DNA from: Limnohabitans sp. Rim8 | GTDB taxonomy: Bacteria > Pseudomonadota > Gammaproteobacteria > Burkholderiales > Burkholderiaceae_C | Direction of reading: 5' to 3' | Length of the DNA: 64,000 bases | NCBI RefSeq assembly: GCF_945869175.1 | Contig: NZ_CAMBNZ010000003.1 | Span: 2,545 to 66,544, forward strand | In this document: piece by piece, positions 41,690 through 50,980 of the stretch | Layout of the letters: the number at the start of each line of letters is the position of its first letter | Position numbering within the stretch: the first letter of the stretch is position 1 | Position numbers and translations under genes: made by a program | The notes under the pieces: model-generated | Told to the model about the DNA's origin: nothing | Databases searched by the model: none | What the model saw: only the letters and a program-made list of their open reading frames with translations

Positions 41690-42117
41690 CCGCTTTCAGC
41701 CCCGCACAAACGGCCTTTGAGCACCCGATTCGCATTTATTGGGAAGACACCGATGCCGGAGGTATTGTGTTTTATGCCAACTACCTCAAGTTCTTTGAGC
41801 GTGCCCGCACCGAATGGCTGCGTGCTTTGGGTTTTGGTCAGCACGCGTTGCGTGACCAATCGGGTGGCATGTTTGTCGTGTCTGAAACCGCCGTCAAATA
41901 CCATTCTCCGGCCCGCTTGGACGACACCCTGATCGTCACCGCCGAGTTGCAGCAAGGTGGCAAAGCCAGCCTGACCATTGCCCAACGCGCCCTCTTGCGC
42001 TCAACGGGCCAAACCGATCGGCTGCTGGCCGAAGGCACCATCCGCCTGGGCTGGGTCGACAGCCAAACTTTGAAACCGGGCCGGATTCCGGCCCCTGTTC
42101 TGGAAGCACTGAAATGA
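41686..42117 (+). CDS. ybgC: Tol-Pal-associated acyl-CoA thioesterase YbgC (4HBT hotdog)
   Basis: 143 aa. It has IRIYWEDTDAGGIVFYANYLKFFERARTEWLR. It lies immediately upstream of tolQ. Confidence 0.88.
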   Translation: MTAFSPAQTAFEHPIRIYWEDTDAGGIVFYANYLKFFERARTEWLRALGFGQHALRDQSGGMFVVSETAVKYHSPARLDDTLIVTAELQQGGKASLTIAQRALLRSTGQTDRLLAEGTIRLGWVDSQTLKPGRIPAPVLEALK

Positions 42118-42812
42118 ACCAAGACATGTCCATCGTCTCCCTGTTGCTGCACGCCAGTTTTGTCGTCCAGCTGGTGGTGCTCATTTTGCTCGGCATCTCG
42201 GTGGCCAGCTGGGCGGCCATCGTGCGCAAACTCACCGCCATCAAGCACATCAAAAACCTGAACGAAGCGTTTGAGCGCGTGTTTTGGTCGGGCACCAGCT
42301 TGAACGAGCTGTTCAATTCGGCCAGTCAGAACGCCAAACTGTCCGGCCCGATGGAGCGCATTTTTGCCAGCGGCATGCGCGAGTACCAAAAACTGCGCGA
42401 GCGTCAAATCAGCGATCCAGGCACCTTGCTCGACGGCGCACGCCGCGCCATGCGGGCCAGCTTTCAGCGCGAGATGGACGTGGCCGAATCGCAGCTGGCC
42501 TTCTTGGCATCGGTGGGCTCCATCTCGCCTTATGTCGGTCTGTTTGGAACCGTGTGGGGCATCATGCACGCCTTCACCGCCTTGGCCAACTTGCAACAAG
42601 TCACGCTGGCCACCGTGGCCCCCGGCATTGCCGAAGCGCTGATCGCCACGGCCATTGGCTTGTTTGCGGCCATTCCTGCAGTACTGGCCTACAACCGCTT
42701 CTCACACGATGTGGACCGCATCGCCATCAAGCTGGAAACCTTTATTGAAGAGTTCTCTAACATCTTGCAGCGCAGCCTGGGCGCAGCCCACAGCTCGGCC
42801 TCAGGCCGCTGA
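42114..42812 (+). CDS. tolQ: Tol-Pal system protein TolQ
   Basis: 232 aa. It belongs to the MotA/TolQ/ExbB family and has three TM segments; it contains GTVWGIMHAF and TVAPGIAEALIATAIGL. Confidence 0.92.
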   Translation: MNQDMSIVSLLLHASFVVQLVVLILLGISVASWAAIVRKLTAIKHIKNLNEAFERVFWSGTSLNELFNSASQNAKLSGPMERIFASGMREYQKLRERQISDPGTLLDGARRAMRASFQREMDVAESQLAFLASVGSISPYVGLFGTVWGIMHAFTALANLQQVTLATVAPGIAEALIATAIGLFAAIPAVLAYNRFSHDVDRIAIKLETFIEEFSNILQRSLGAAHSSASGR

Positions 42813-42823
42813 AAGGAAGCCCC

Positions 42824-43243
42824 ATGCCAGCCGTCTCTTCACGCAGCCGTGGTCGCCGTACCATCTCCGAAATCAACATGGTGCCCTTCATCGACGTGAT
42901 GTTGGTGCTGCTGATCATTTTCATGGTGACCGCTCCCATGATCACGCCCAGCGTGGTGGACCTGCCCAGTGTAGGCAAAGCGGCCAAACAACCGGACAAA
43001 GTCATCCAGATCGTGATCCAAAAAGATGAACGGCTGCAACTCGTGCGCGACGGCAAAACCGACAGCGCCACCCTCGCCAGCGTGGCGGCCAGCGTCAAAG
43101 GCCTCGTGGGTGACAGCGACAACACCGCCGTGGTCATCAGCGCAGACCGCACCGTGAAATACGAGACCGTGGTCAAGGTCATGGACAGCCTGCAACGCGC
43201 GGGCATTGCGCGCGTGGGTTTGTCGGTCCAACTGGCCCCTTGA
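42824..43243 (+). CDS. tolR: Tol-Pal system protein TolR (ExbD/TolR family)
   Basis: 139 aa. It starts with ISEINMVPFIDVMLVLLIIFMV. Confidence 0.9.
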   Translation: MPAVSSRSRGRRTISEINMVPFIDVMLVLLIIFMVTAPMITPSVVDLPSVGKAAKQPDKVIQIVIQKDERLQLVRDGKTDSATLASVAASVKGLVGDSDNTAVVISADRTVKYETVVKVMDSLQRAGIARVGLSVQLAP

Positions 43244-43253
43244 GGATTTGCCC

Positions 43254-44216
43254 TTGAACGTCAAGGCCGCTGCGCACCTCGAATTTGCCCCCCCGCCACA
43301 GCCGGGTGCGGGCAGAGCTTGGTTGGCCGCAGGTCTGGTGCACGCGCTGCTTTTCTTGGCCTTGGGCCTGGCCACCGCTTGGAAGAGCCAACCCCAAACC
43401 GTGCAAGCCGAAGCCGAGCTGTGGTCGGCCACAGCGCAAGCTGCCGCGCCGCGCCTACAAGACCCCCCACCTGAGCCGGAGCCTGAACCCGCGCCTCAAC
43501 CAAAGCCCAAGCCCACCGCTAAACCCAATCCACCGCCACCGCCTGCGCCCGACCTGCAAGCCGAGCGCCGTGACGCCCATATCGCAATCGAAAAGAAAAA
43601 GCAACAATAAAAGAAAAAAGAAGCCGAGAAAGCTGAAAAGTTGAAGGCCGAGAAAGAAAAAAAGGACAAGGAAAAAACCGACAAGGAAAAGCTTGAACTC
43701 AAGCGCAAGGAACGTGAAAAAGAGCGCGAGAAAGAAGACAAAGCCAAAGAAAAAGCGGCCAAAGAGAAAAAGGCTCAAGAAGAGAAAGACCGCGACAAGA
43801 AAAAAGCTGCGGAAAAAGCCAGCGCTGAAAAAGCCGATGCGGCTCTGGCTGAAGCCCTGCGCCAAGAAAACCTCAAACGCATGCAAGGCATGGCGGGTGC
43901 ATCCGGCGGCGAAAACGCCGCTGGCAACGCACTCAAATCATCAGGTCCCTCGGCCAGTTATTTGGGTCGTCTGGCTGCCAGAATCAAACCCAATATCATT
44001 TACACCGGCGAAGTCACGGGCAACCCATCCGCTGATGTGGAAGTAAAGGTCAACCCCGATGGCACCATCTTGAGCCGACGCATTGTTCAGTCGAGCGGCA
44101 ACCGGGCTTGGGACGATGCCGTGTTGCGGGCCATCGACAAGACGGAGGTCTTGCCCAAAGACGCCGATGGGAAAGTACCCTCTGTGATCCCGTTTAGATT
44201 CAGGCCTCAGGACTGA
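43254..44216 (+). pseudogene. tolA: tolA interrupted by one in-frame TAA (43608..43610): possible pseudogene, sequence error, readthrough or split gene
   Basis: ORFs 43206..43610 and 43641..44216 are in the same frame. The first encodes a TM anchor plus a Pro-rich linker. The second encodes Lys/Glu/Ala-rich domain II and a TolA/TonB-like C-terminal domain. A likely TTG start is at 43254, 7 nt after GAGGA. Confidence 0.8.
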
Positions 44217-44236
44217 GGCCAACCACCGCCTCCACT

Positions 44237-45223
44237 TCAAAGTTCTAAAACCACATTGCCTACGGTCTGTCCCGCTTCCACCGTTTGGTGTGCCTGAGTG
44301 ATCTGGTCCAACGTAAAGCAGGCACCGATGCTGTGCTGCAACTGCTGTTGTGACAGCATCGCCGACAGACGGGCCACAGCCACTAGGCGGTCGGCAGGGG
44401 TCAGGTCGTAGACCAGAAAGAACTTCACTCCCATCGACTGGTACAACCAGGGACGAAACGGCATGGGCACCTCCAGAGCGTTGGAGCCATAGCACACCAC
44501 CTGGCCATGCGGGGCCAAAGCGCCCTCGGCCGCCCAGCGGGCCGTGGTGGAAAAATCCATGTCAATGATGACATCGGCGCCCCGTCCTTGGGTGAACGCT
44601 TTCACGCGTTCGGGCACCGACTCGGTTTTGTAAAAAATGGCTTCATCCATACCAGCCGCGCGGGCATGCGCCGCTTTGGCCTCAGACCCCACAGTGCCGA
44701 TCACGCGGCCACCGGCTAAGCACACCATCTGCGTGATGTAGTGGCCCACAGCCGAAGAAGCCCCGGTGACCAACACCGTTTTCCCGTGCAAATCACCGGC
44801 CAGCCGCTCGGCCAAGATCACCGACTGCACAGCCGTCAGGCCGGGAATGCCCATGCAAGCGCCGGCCGCAAAATCGACGCCATCGGGCAAGTTCACGGCT
44901 TGTGCATCGGGCAAGGCGATGTGTTGGGCGCAGGTGCCCATGGCGCGTTGCCATTGGCCGTTCCAAATCCAGACGCGTTGGCCTACACGCGAGGCGGGCA
45001 CACCCTCCCCCACGGCTTCGATCACACCCGCGCCATCGCTGTGCGGAACAATCAAAGGATCGCTGACGGGGCGGGCCCGGCGCGATTTCACATCCGATGG
45101 GTTGACGCCCGAAGTGGCCAAGCGCACCAACACTTCCCCCGCTTGAGGGCTGGGCGTGGGCAGCTCACCCACTTGCATCACGTCTTGGGCTTCGCCGTTT
45201 TGGGTGTACCAGGCTGCTTTCAT
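44237..45223 (-). CDS. NADPH:quinone oxidoreductase-like medium-chain dehydrogenase/reductase
   Basis: The ORF is trimmed to the ATG at 45223 (MKAAWYTQNGEAQDVMQVGELPTP). It has VNPSDVK and the Rossmann block VLVTGASSAVG. Length is 328 aa. Confidence 0.85.
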   Translation of the reverse strand: MKAAWYTQNGEAQDVMQVGELPTPSPQAGEVLVRLATSGVNPSDVKSRRARPVSDPLIVPHSDGAGVIEAVGEGVPASRVGQRVWIWNGQWQRAMGTCAQHIALPDAQAVNLPDGVDFAAGACMGIPGLTAVQSVILAERLAGDLHGKTVLVTGASSAVGHYITQMVCLAGGRVIGTVGSEAKAAHARAAGMDEAIFYKTESVPERVKAFTQGRGADVIIDMDFSTTARWAAEGALAPHGQVVCYGSNALEVPMPFRPWLYQSMGVKFFLVYDLTPADRLVAVARLSAMLSQQQLQHSIGACFTLDQITQAHQTVEAGQTVGNVVLEL

Positions 45224-45233
45224 GGGGGGGTCC

Positions 45234-48200
45234 TTAAGCGTTGGAGGATTCATCGTAAACAATCCGCGCCTGCCCCTGGTCGGCCTGGGCCATCCAGCTG
45301 GCGAGGGCCGCGTCGGTGGGGAAGAATTTGACAGCGTCACCCAGTGCCAGCTCAGCGCGGGCAGCCAGTTGGTCGTTGCTGCGCTCCAGCACCAGACGCA
45401 CAGGCAGGCCGCGCCACAAATCGCCTTGCTCGGTCTGCTCTCGCTGTGCGGGAAATTCTTTGACAAGGCGGGGGATGTCGGGTGCACGGCCATTGACGGC
45501 CACGCGCAGGTATTTGCCATAGCGGCAGCGGGCGGCACCCAAGTCCATGATCTGCTCGATCTTGAGGCGAAAGCCCCCCGAAAAACGGTCGGCCTGCATC
45601 TTGGCCGTGACGATGATGAGTTCGTCGTCTTTCAGCAGGTGCTTGGCCGAGTTGATCAAGGCCTCGTCGGCCGTGGCCTCCAACATGCCCGATTTGTCGT
45701 CCAATTTGAAGATCGCCACCTTGCCGCGCTGACCGTTGATGATGCGCAAGTCACTGACGATACCGGCCAGCACCATGGACTCGCGGCTGTCGATCAGGTC
45801 GTCGATTTTGCGGCGGGCAAATTGGCGCACTTCGCGCTCGACCGCGTCAAACAAATGGCCGGACAAGAAAAAGCCTACAGCGGTTTTTTCAAGCAGCAGG
45901 CGTTCTTTGATGCCCCAAGGCATGACCTCCACCAGTTCGGGCTCTTGGGTGCTCGATCCATGCGAATCGTCGCCCAACATGTCGAACAAGCCGCCTTGGT
46001 TGGCGTTGGCCGTGGTGGCGTTCGAGAACTCAAATGCCCGGTCAATGCTGGCCGACAAAGCCGCACGGTTCATGTGCAGCGCGTCAAAAGCCCCAGCCCT
46101 GATGAGCGCGTCCACCGTGCGTTTGTTGATGCGGGTACGGTCCACCCGCACAGCAAAGTCAAACAAGCTGGTGAAGGGGCCGCCTTCGTTGCGGGCGGCC
46201 ACGATGGCGTCGATCGCTTGTTGGCCCGTGCCCTTGATGGCCCCCAGGCCGTAGCGGATCACCTTGTCGGTGACCGGCTCAAAGCGGTGCGTGCCGCGGT
46301 TCACATCGGGCGGGTCAAAGGTGATGCCAAATTTGACCGCGTCTTCGTAGAGCACCTTGAGCTTGTCGGTGTCGTCCATCTCCACCGTCATGTTGGCGCA
46401 GAAGAACTCGGCGGTGTAATGCACCTTGAGCCAGCCCGTGTGGTAGGCCAGCAGCGAATAAGCGGCCGCGTGCGACTTGTTGAAGCCGTAGCCCGCGAAC
46501 TTTTCCATCAGGTCAAAGACCTCGTCGGCCTTGTCCTGGGGGATGTTGTGCGTGGCCAGGGCACCGGCGCGGAACTTTTCGCGGTGCTCGGCCATTTCTT
46601 CGGCCTTTTTCTTGCCCATGGCGCGGCGCAGCAAGTCGGCGCCACCGAGTGAGTAACCCCCCAAGATTTGCGCCGTCTGCATCACCTGCTCTTGGTAGAC
46701 CATGATGCCGTAGGTCTCGCTGAGCATCTCTGCCACTGCGGGGTGCGGGTACTCCACCGCTTCGCGCCCATGCTTGCGGGCCACAAAGCTGGGGATCAGG
46801 TCCATGGGGCCAGGGCGGTAAAGCGCGTTCAGGGCAATCAGGTCCTCCAGCCGACTCGGGCGTGCGTCCCGCAGCATGCCTTGCATGCCACGGCTTTCAA
46901 ACTGGAACACCGCCTCGGTCTTGCCGTCTGAGAACAGTTTGTAGGTCGCCACGTCGTCGAGGGGGATGTCTTCAAAAGTGAAGTGGTCCTGGCCTTTGTG
47001 GCGCTGGATGATGAACCCGCGAGCAATCTCCAAAATCGTCAGGGTGGCCAGGCCCAAGAAGTCGAACTTCACCAGACCTGCCGCCTCCACATCGTCCTTG
47101 TCGTACTGGCTCACCGCCGATTCGCTGCCGGGCTGCTGGTACAGCGGGCAAAAGTCGGTCAGCTTGCCCGGCGCGATCAAGACACCCCCCGCGTGCATGC
47201 CCACGTTGCGGGTCATGCCTTCGAGTTTTTGCGCCAACTCGATGAGGGTTTTCACATCCTCCTCGCGCTCAATGCGCTCGGCCAAGATCGGCTCCATGGC
47301 GATCGCGTAGTTGTTCTTGTCGCCCTCTTTGGGCGTGGCGGGCGGGTATTGCAGCGTGACCGACATGCCCGGTTTGTTGGGGATGAGCTTGCTGATGCCG
47401 TCGCAAAAGGTGTAGCTCATGTCCAGCACGCGGCCCACATCGCGAATCGCTGCACGCGCAGCCATGGTGCCGAAGGTCACAATCTGACTGACGGCGTCAC
47501 GGCCGTATTTGTCCTTCACATAGTCGATCACCCGATCCCGGTTGCCTTGGCAAAAATCAATGTCGAAGTCGGGCATCGAGACCCGCTCGGGGTTCAAGAA
47601 GCGCTCAAACAAGAGCTTGTATTGCAAGGGGTCGAGGTCGGTGATCTTGAGCGCATAGGCCACCAGTGAGCCCGCACCCGAACCCCGGCCGGGACCGACG
47701 GGGCAGCCGTTGGCCTTGGCCCACTGGATGAAGTCGCCCACGATCAGAAAGTAACCTGGAAACCCCATCTTCAAGATGGTGTTCAGCTCAAACTCCAGCC
47801 GCTCCACATAGCGCGGGCGCTCTTCCTGGCGTCGGGCCTCGGCCGGATACAGGCGAAGCAGCCTCGCCTCCAGGCCCTCCAAAGACACATGCCGGAAATA
47901 GTCTTCCACCGACATGACCACACCGTTCACGGGTGGGATGGGGAAGTCTGGCAACTGGGGTTTGCCCAGCACCAAAGTCAGGTTGCAGCGCTTGGCGATC
48001 TCGAGCGTATTGGCAATGGCGCTGGGCACATCGGCAAACAAGGCGCACATTTGTTCGGCCGACTTGAAATACTGCTCGCGGGTGAAGCGGCGAACTCGGC
48101 GCTGGTTGGCCAAAATTTCACCTTCCGAGATGCACACCCGCGCTTCGTGGGCTTCGTAATCGTCAGGCCCATGGAACTGCACCGGGTGCGTGGCCACCAC

Positions 48201-48776
48201 AGGCAGGTGCAAACGGGCGGCCAAGGCCACCGCACCGGCCACTTGGCGTTCGTCTTCAGGGCGGCCCGCGCGTTGCAGCTCGAGGTAAAAACGGTGGGGA
48301 AACAAGGAGCCCAATTGCAAGGCCAGATCGGCGGCTTTGTCGTGGTCACCTTGCACCAGGGCTTGACCTACCGGCCCGGCTTGTGCACCGGACAACAAAA
48401 TCAGGCCCTCAGAGAGTTCTTTCAGCCAAACCAGCTTCACCACGGCCAAGCCTTTGGCCACGTTTTGCGTCCAGGCACGGGCCAACAACTCGCAAAGGTT
48501 TAAGTAGCCCCGGTGGTTTTGTACCAAAAGTACGATCCGGCTCGTGGCGCTCGGGTCACCACCCAATCCTTCGAGGTAAATCTCGGCACCGATGATGGGT
48601 TTGACCCCTTTGCCCCGGCCTTCTTTGTAGAACTTGACCGTTCCGAACAGGTTGTTCAGGTCGGTGATGGCCAGCGCAGGCTGAGCGTCTTGGGACGCGA
48701 TCTTGACCACATCGTCGATGCGGCAGGTCGAGTCAACAACAGAAAATTCGGTGTGAAGGCGCAGGTGAACAAACAT
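45234..48776 (-). CDS. dnaE: DNA polymerase III alpha subunit
   Basis: 1180 aa. It starts with the PHP domain MFVHLRLHTEFSVVDS and has the polymerase core and an OB-fold C-terminus. Confidence 0.97.
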   Translation of the reverse strand: MFVHLRLHTEFSVVDSTCRIDDVVKIASQDAQPALAITDLNNLFGTVKFYKEGRGKGVKPIIGAEIYLEGLGGDPSATSRIVLLVQNHRGYLNLCELLARAWTQNVAKGLAVVKLVWLKELSEGLILLSGAQAGPVGQALVQGDHDKAADLALQLGSLFPHRFYLELQRAGRPEDERQVAGAVALAARLHLPVVATHPVQFHGPDDYEAHEARVCISEGEILANQRRVRRFTREQYFKSAEQMCALFADVPSAIANTLEIAKRCNLTLVLGKPQLPDFPIPPVNGVVMSVEDYFRHVSLEGLEARLLRLYPAEARRQEERPRYVERLEFELNTILKMGFPGYFLIVGDFIQWAKANGCPVGPGRGSGAGSLVAYALKITDLDPLQYKLLFERFLNPERVSMPDFDIDFCQGNRDRVIDYVKDKYGRDAVSQIVTFGTMAARAAIRDVGRVLDMSYTFCDGISKLIPNKPGMSVTLQYPPATPKEGDKNNYAIAMEPILAERIEREEDVKTLIELAQKLEGMTRNVGMHAGGVLIAPGKLTDFCPLYQQPGSESAVSQYDKDDVEAAGLVKFDFLGLATLTILEIARGFIIQRHKGQDHFTFEDIPLDDVATYKLFSDGKTEAVFQFESRGMQGMLRDARPSRLEDLIALNALYRPGPMDLIPSFVARKHGREAVEYPHPAVAEMLSETYGIMVYQEQVMQTAQILGGYSLGGADLLRRAMGKKKAEEMAEHREKFRAGALATHNIPQDKADEVFDLMEKFAGYGFNKSHAAAYSLLAYHTGWLKVHYTAEFFCANMTVEMDDTDKLKVLYEDAVKFGITFDPPDVNRGTHRFEPVTDKVIRYGLGAIKGTGQQAIDAIVAARNEGGPFTSLFDFAVRVDRTRINKRTVDALIRAGAFDALHMNRAALSASIDRAFEFSNATTANANQGGLFDMLGDDSHGSSTQEPELVEVMPWGIKERLLLEKTAVGFFLSGHLFDAVEREVRQFARRKIDDLIDSRESMVLAGIVSDLRIINGQRGKVAIFKLDDKSGMLEATADEALINSAKHLLKDDELIIVTAKMQADRFSGGFRLKIEQIMDLGAARCRYGKYLRVAVNGRAPDIPRLVKEFPAQREQTEQGDLWRGLPVRLVLERSNDQLAARAELALGDAVKFFPTDAALASWMAQADQGQARIVYDESSNA

Positions 48777-48822
48777 AGCCTGTCATTGTAGGAGGTCACC
48801 CTGCGGCAAAAGGTGTGTATTT

Positions 48823-49518
48823 TCAGTCGCGCAAGACATGCAGGACTTCGGAGCGGAACTCTCTCCCGTACAAAATCAAGACCACCAAGGCCGTGGCCAG
48901 CACCAGCGCCATGGGTGAGAAAAACCAGGCCATGGCGGCAAATGAAAAGTAATAAGCCCGCAAACCGTCGTTGAAGGTTTCAGCGGCCGCACTGACCAAA
49001 TTGCCGGCTCTTTCGGCAAAGTGTTGGCGGTCGTGAAGATGGGCATCGAAGTCTTCTGGCGAGGGCATGGCGCCAATGACCAGTGCCACAAAGGTGTACT
49101 GCCGCATGGACCATGAAAACCGGAAAAAGGCATACACAAAGATGCCCACCATCACCAGAATTTTGAGTTCGAACACCAACAAAGGCGTGGGCTGGGCAAA
49201 CGGGATTTCACCCACCAATTCGGCGGCTTTGTCGGTGGTGCCCAAAAGTGCAAACAGACCCCCGATGATGATGATGCTGGTGGATGAGAAAAAAGCGGGA
49301 GTTTGCGACAGGTTCTGGGTGATCACGCCATCGAGCACACGTGGGTCCCGACGGGTGGCTTGCATCATCCACTTTTGGCGGTAGCGGTTGGTGTTGGCGA
49401 TCAGGCTTTGGTCACGCAGGCCGCGCACCTTGGCTAACCACGCATAACCCACCCACAAAGCAAAAAAAGTGACGATTGCCAGCCAGTCGGCCCACGGCAG
49501 CATGGTGATGATTTTCAT
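48823..49518 (-). CDS. DUF599-family membrane protein
   Basis: 231 aa with four or more TM segments. The N-terminal pattern (WADWLAIVTFFALWVGYAWL...RYRQKWMMQ...RDPRVLD) matches DUF599 as I remember it. Confidence 0.65.
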   Translation of the reverse strand: MKIITMLPWADWLAIVTFFALWVGYAWLAKVRGLRDQSLIANTNRYRQKWMMQATRRDPRVLDGVITQNLSQTPAFFSSTSIIIIGGLFALLGTTDKAAELVGEIPFAQPTPLLVFELKILVMVGIFVYAFFRFSWSMRQYTFVALVIGAMPSPEDFDAHLHDRQHFAERAGNLVSAAAETFNDGLRAYYFSFAAMAWFFSPMALVLATALVVLILYGREFRSEVLHVLRD

Positions 49519-49597
49519 GCTGCCATGCTAACCGAGGCGAGGTGACTCTTGCCGGGGCCACTCTTGCGTGAGCGAGCCCCTCGCTCGACCGGGGCGA

Positions 49598-50131
49598 TCA
49601 GCCGCGCAGTTTGGCCGCCACAGCAGCCACGCGCTCGCCGTAGGCTTTGGCGGTGTCCAAGTCACCTTGGGGGATGTCTTCTGCGGGGCTGGTGGGCCCC
49701 ACTTGCGCCATCACACCAGAGTTGGAGCCGATGCGGTTGATGGTGCCGTCGTTCAAGGCGGGCTGACCCACCCAAATCATGCCTTGCTGTTGCGACAAGG
49801 TGATGAAGTACTGGAGGGTCGACAACTTGTCACCGCTGGGGCTGGCCGAGATGGTAAAACCGCCTGCCACTTTGTCTTTCCAGGCGCTGGTGAACCAACG
49901 CTTGGAGGTGGCATCGGCAAACTTCTTGAACTGCCAAGAGGCCATGCCCATGTAAGTGGGCGAGCCGAAGATGATCGCATCCGCCGCGTCCAAAGCGGTC
50001 CAGTCGGCGTCGGTGATGTTGCCATCGGCGTCGATCGCGATCACTTGTGCGTTGGCGCCTTGGGCCACAAATTGGGCCACGCGCTGGGTATGGCCGTAGC
50101 CGGAATGGTAGACAACAACTGTTTTAGCCAT
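49598..50131 (-). CDS. flavodoxin-fold NAD(P)H:quinone oxidoreductase (WrbA-like)
   Basis: The ORF is trimmed to the ATG at 50131 (MAKTVVVYHSGYGHTQRVAQ). IIFGSPTYMG is present. Length is 177 aa. Confidence 0.8.
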   Translation of the reverse strand: MAKTVVVYHSGYGHTQRVAQFVAQGANAQVIAIDADGNITDADWTALDAADAIIFGSPTYMGMASWQFKKFADATSKRWFTSAWKDKVAGGFTISASPSGDKLSTLQYFITLSQQQGMIWVGQPALNDGTINRIGSNSGVMAQVGPTSPAEDIPQGDLDTAKAYGERVAAVAAKLRG

Positions 50132-50160
50132 GAAAAAACTCCAAAGGGTTGAGAAAGAAA

Positions 50161-50874
50161 TCAAGCGGACAAGTCGAACACCAGCACTTCGGCGTTCTCG
50201 CCCTGACTCAGCGTCAGGGCCGATTCGGATTGCAGCAGCGCCGCATCGCCGGCACTGAGCAGCTGGCCATTGACCTGCAAACTGCCGCGCACCAAAAAAA
50301 CATAGGCTTTGCGAGCTGGGTTGAGCGCAAGTTGGGCAGTCTCAGATCCTGTGAAGAGACCCGCAAACAAGCGGGCATCGGCATGGATTTGCACCGCGAA
50401 TGGGGCCGACTGCACGTCAGCCGCTGGTGCGGCCACCAAGGCCAGCTGACCGCGCTTGACGCTTTCCGGCACGGTTTTTTGTTCGTAACCAGGATCGATG
50501 CCCATGACATTGGGCTCAATCCAAATCTGCAAAAAGTGGGTTTGTTCGCCTTCAGCGTGGTTGAACTCGCTGTGGCGCACACCACTGCCTGCGCTCATGC
50601 GTTGCACGTCGCCCGGCGGAATGCCTTTAACGTTGCCCATGCTGTCTTGGTGGGCCAAGTTGCCCGACAAGACGTAGCTGATGATTTCCATGTCACGGTG
50701 GCCGTGTGTGCCAAAACCTGTACCGGGGTCAATGCGGTCTTCGTTGATGACACGCAGATTGCCAAAACCCATGTGGGCCGGATCAAAGTAGTTGGCAAAA
50801 GAAAAGCTGTGGAAGGACTTGAGCCAGCCGTGGTCGGCGTAGCCGCGTTCCGATGATTTGCGCAGGGTCAACAT
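50161..50874 (-). CDS. pirin-family cupin protein
   Basis: 237 aa. It has RGYADHGWLKSFHSFSFANY and the metal site HGHRDMEIISYVLSG. Confidence 0.88.
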   Translation of the reverse strand: MLTLRKSSERGYADHGWLKSFHSFSFANYFDPAHMGFGNLRVINEDRIDPGTGFGTHGHRDMEIISYVLSGNLAHQDSMGNVKGIPPGDVQRMSAGSGVRHSEFNHAEGEQTHFLQIWIEPNVMGIDPGYEQKTVPESVKRGQLALVAAPAADVQSAPFAVQIHADARLFAGLFTGSETAQLALNPARKAYVFLVRGSLQVNGQLLSAGDAALLQSESALTLSQGENAEVLVFDLSA

Positions 50875-50920
50875 GGGGGATTCCTCAAAACAGACCTGAA
50901 CTGTAGGGAAAAAACGACCT

Positions 50921-50933
50921 ATTGCAGTGCAAT
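50921..50933. promoter_or_regulatory. candidate LysR-type operator (13-bp perfect palindrome ATTGCAGTGCAAT that contains a T-N11-A core)
   Basis: Read directly from the sequence. It lies in the 106-bp divergent region between the pirin gene and the LysR gene. Confidence 0.35.
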
Positions 50934-50980
50934 GGTTTTGCCGTCATCGTTCAAATTATTTGAAATAAAATAGCAAGACC

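Noticed and set aside
43455-43886. A 143-aa Phe/Leu-rich minus-strand ORF, plus the AAG/GAA-rich repetitive DNA at about 43600..43870 that looked at first like a tandem repeat array.
   Set aside because: The repetitiveness is the Lys/Glu/Ala-rich helical domain II of TolA on the plus strand. The minus ORF is simply its complement (TTC/CTT codons). There is no spacer/repeat periodicity as in CRISPR.
45156-46652. A 498-aa plus-strand ORF inside dnaE. Similar ORFs lie at 33061..34383 opposite rnr, 35666..36892 opposite rimO, 51952..53451 opposite the FAD oxidoreductase/gluQ genes, and 62307..63623 opposite alaS.
   Set aside because: They are antisense shadows of well-supported genes and have no motifs.
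49519-49597. The GC-rich hairpin GAGCGAG-ccc-CTCGCTC and a repeated CCGGGG lie downstream of the flavodoxin-like gene.
   Set aside because: There is no U-tract and no second copy elsewhere in the window. It may be a weak terminator, but I cannot support more than that.
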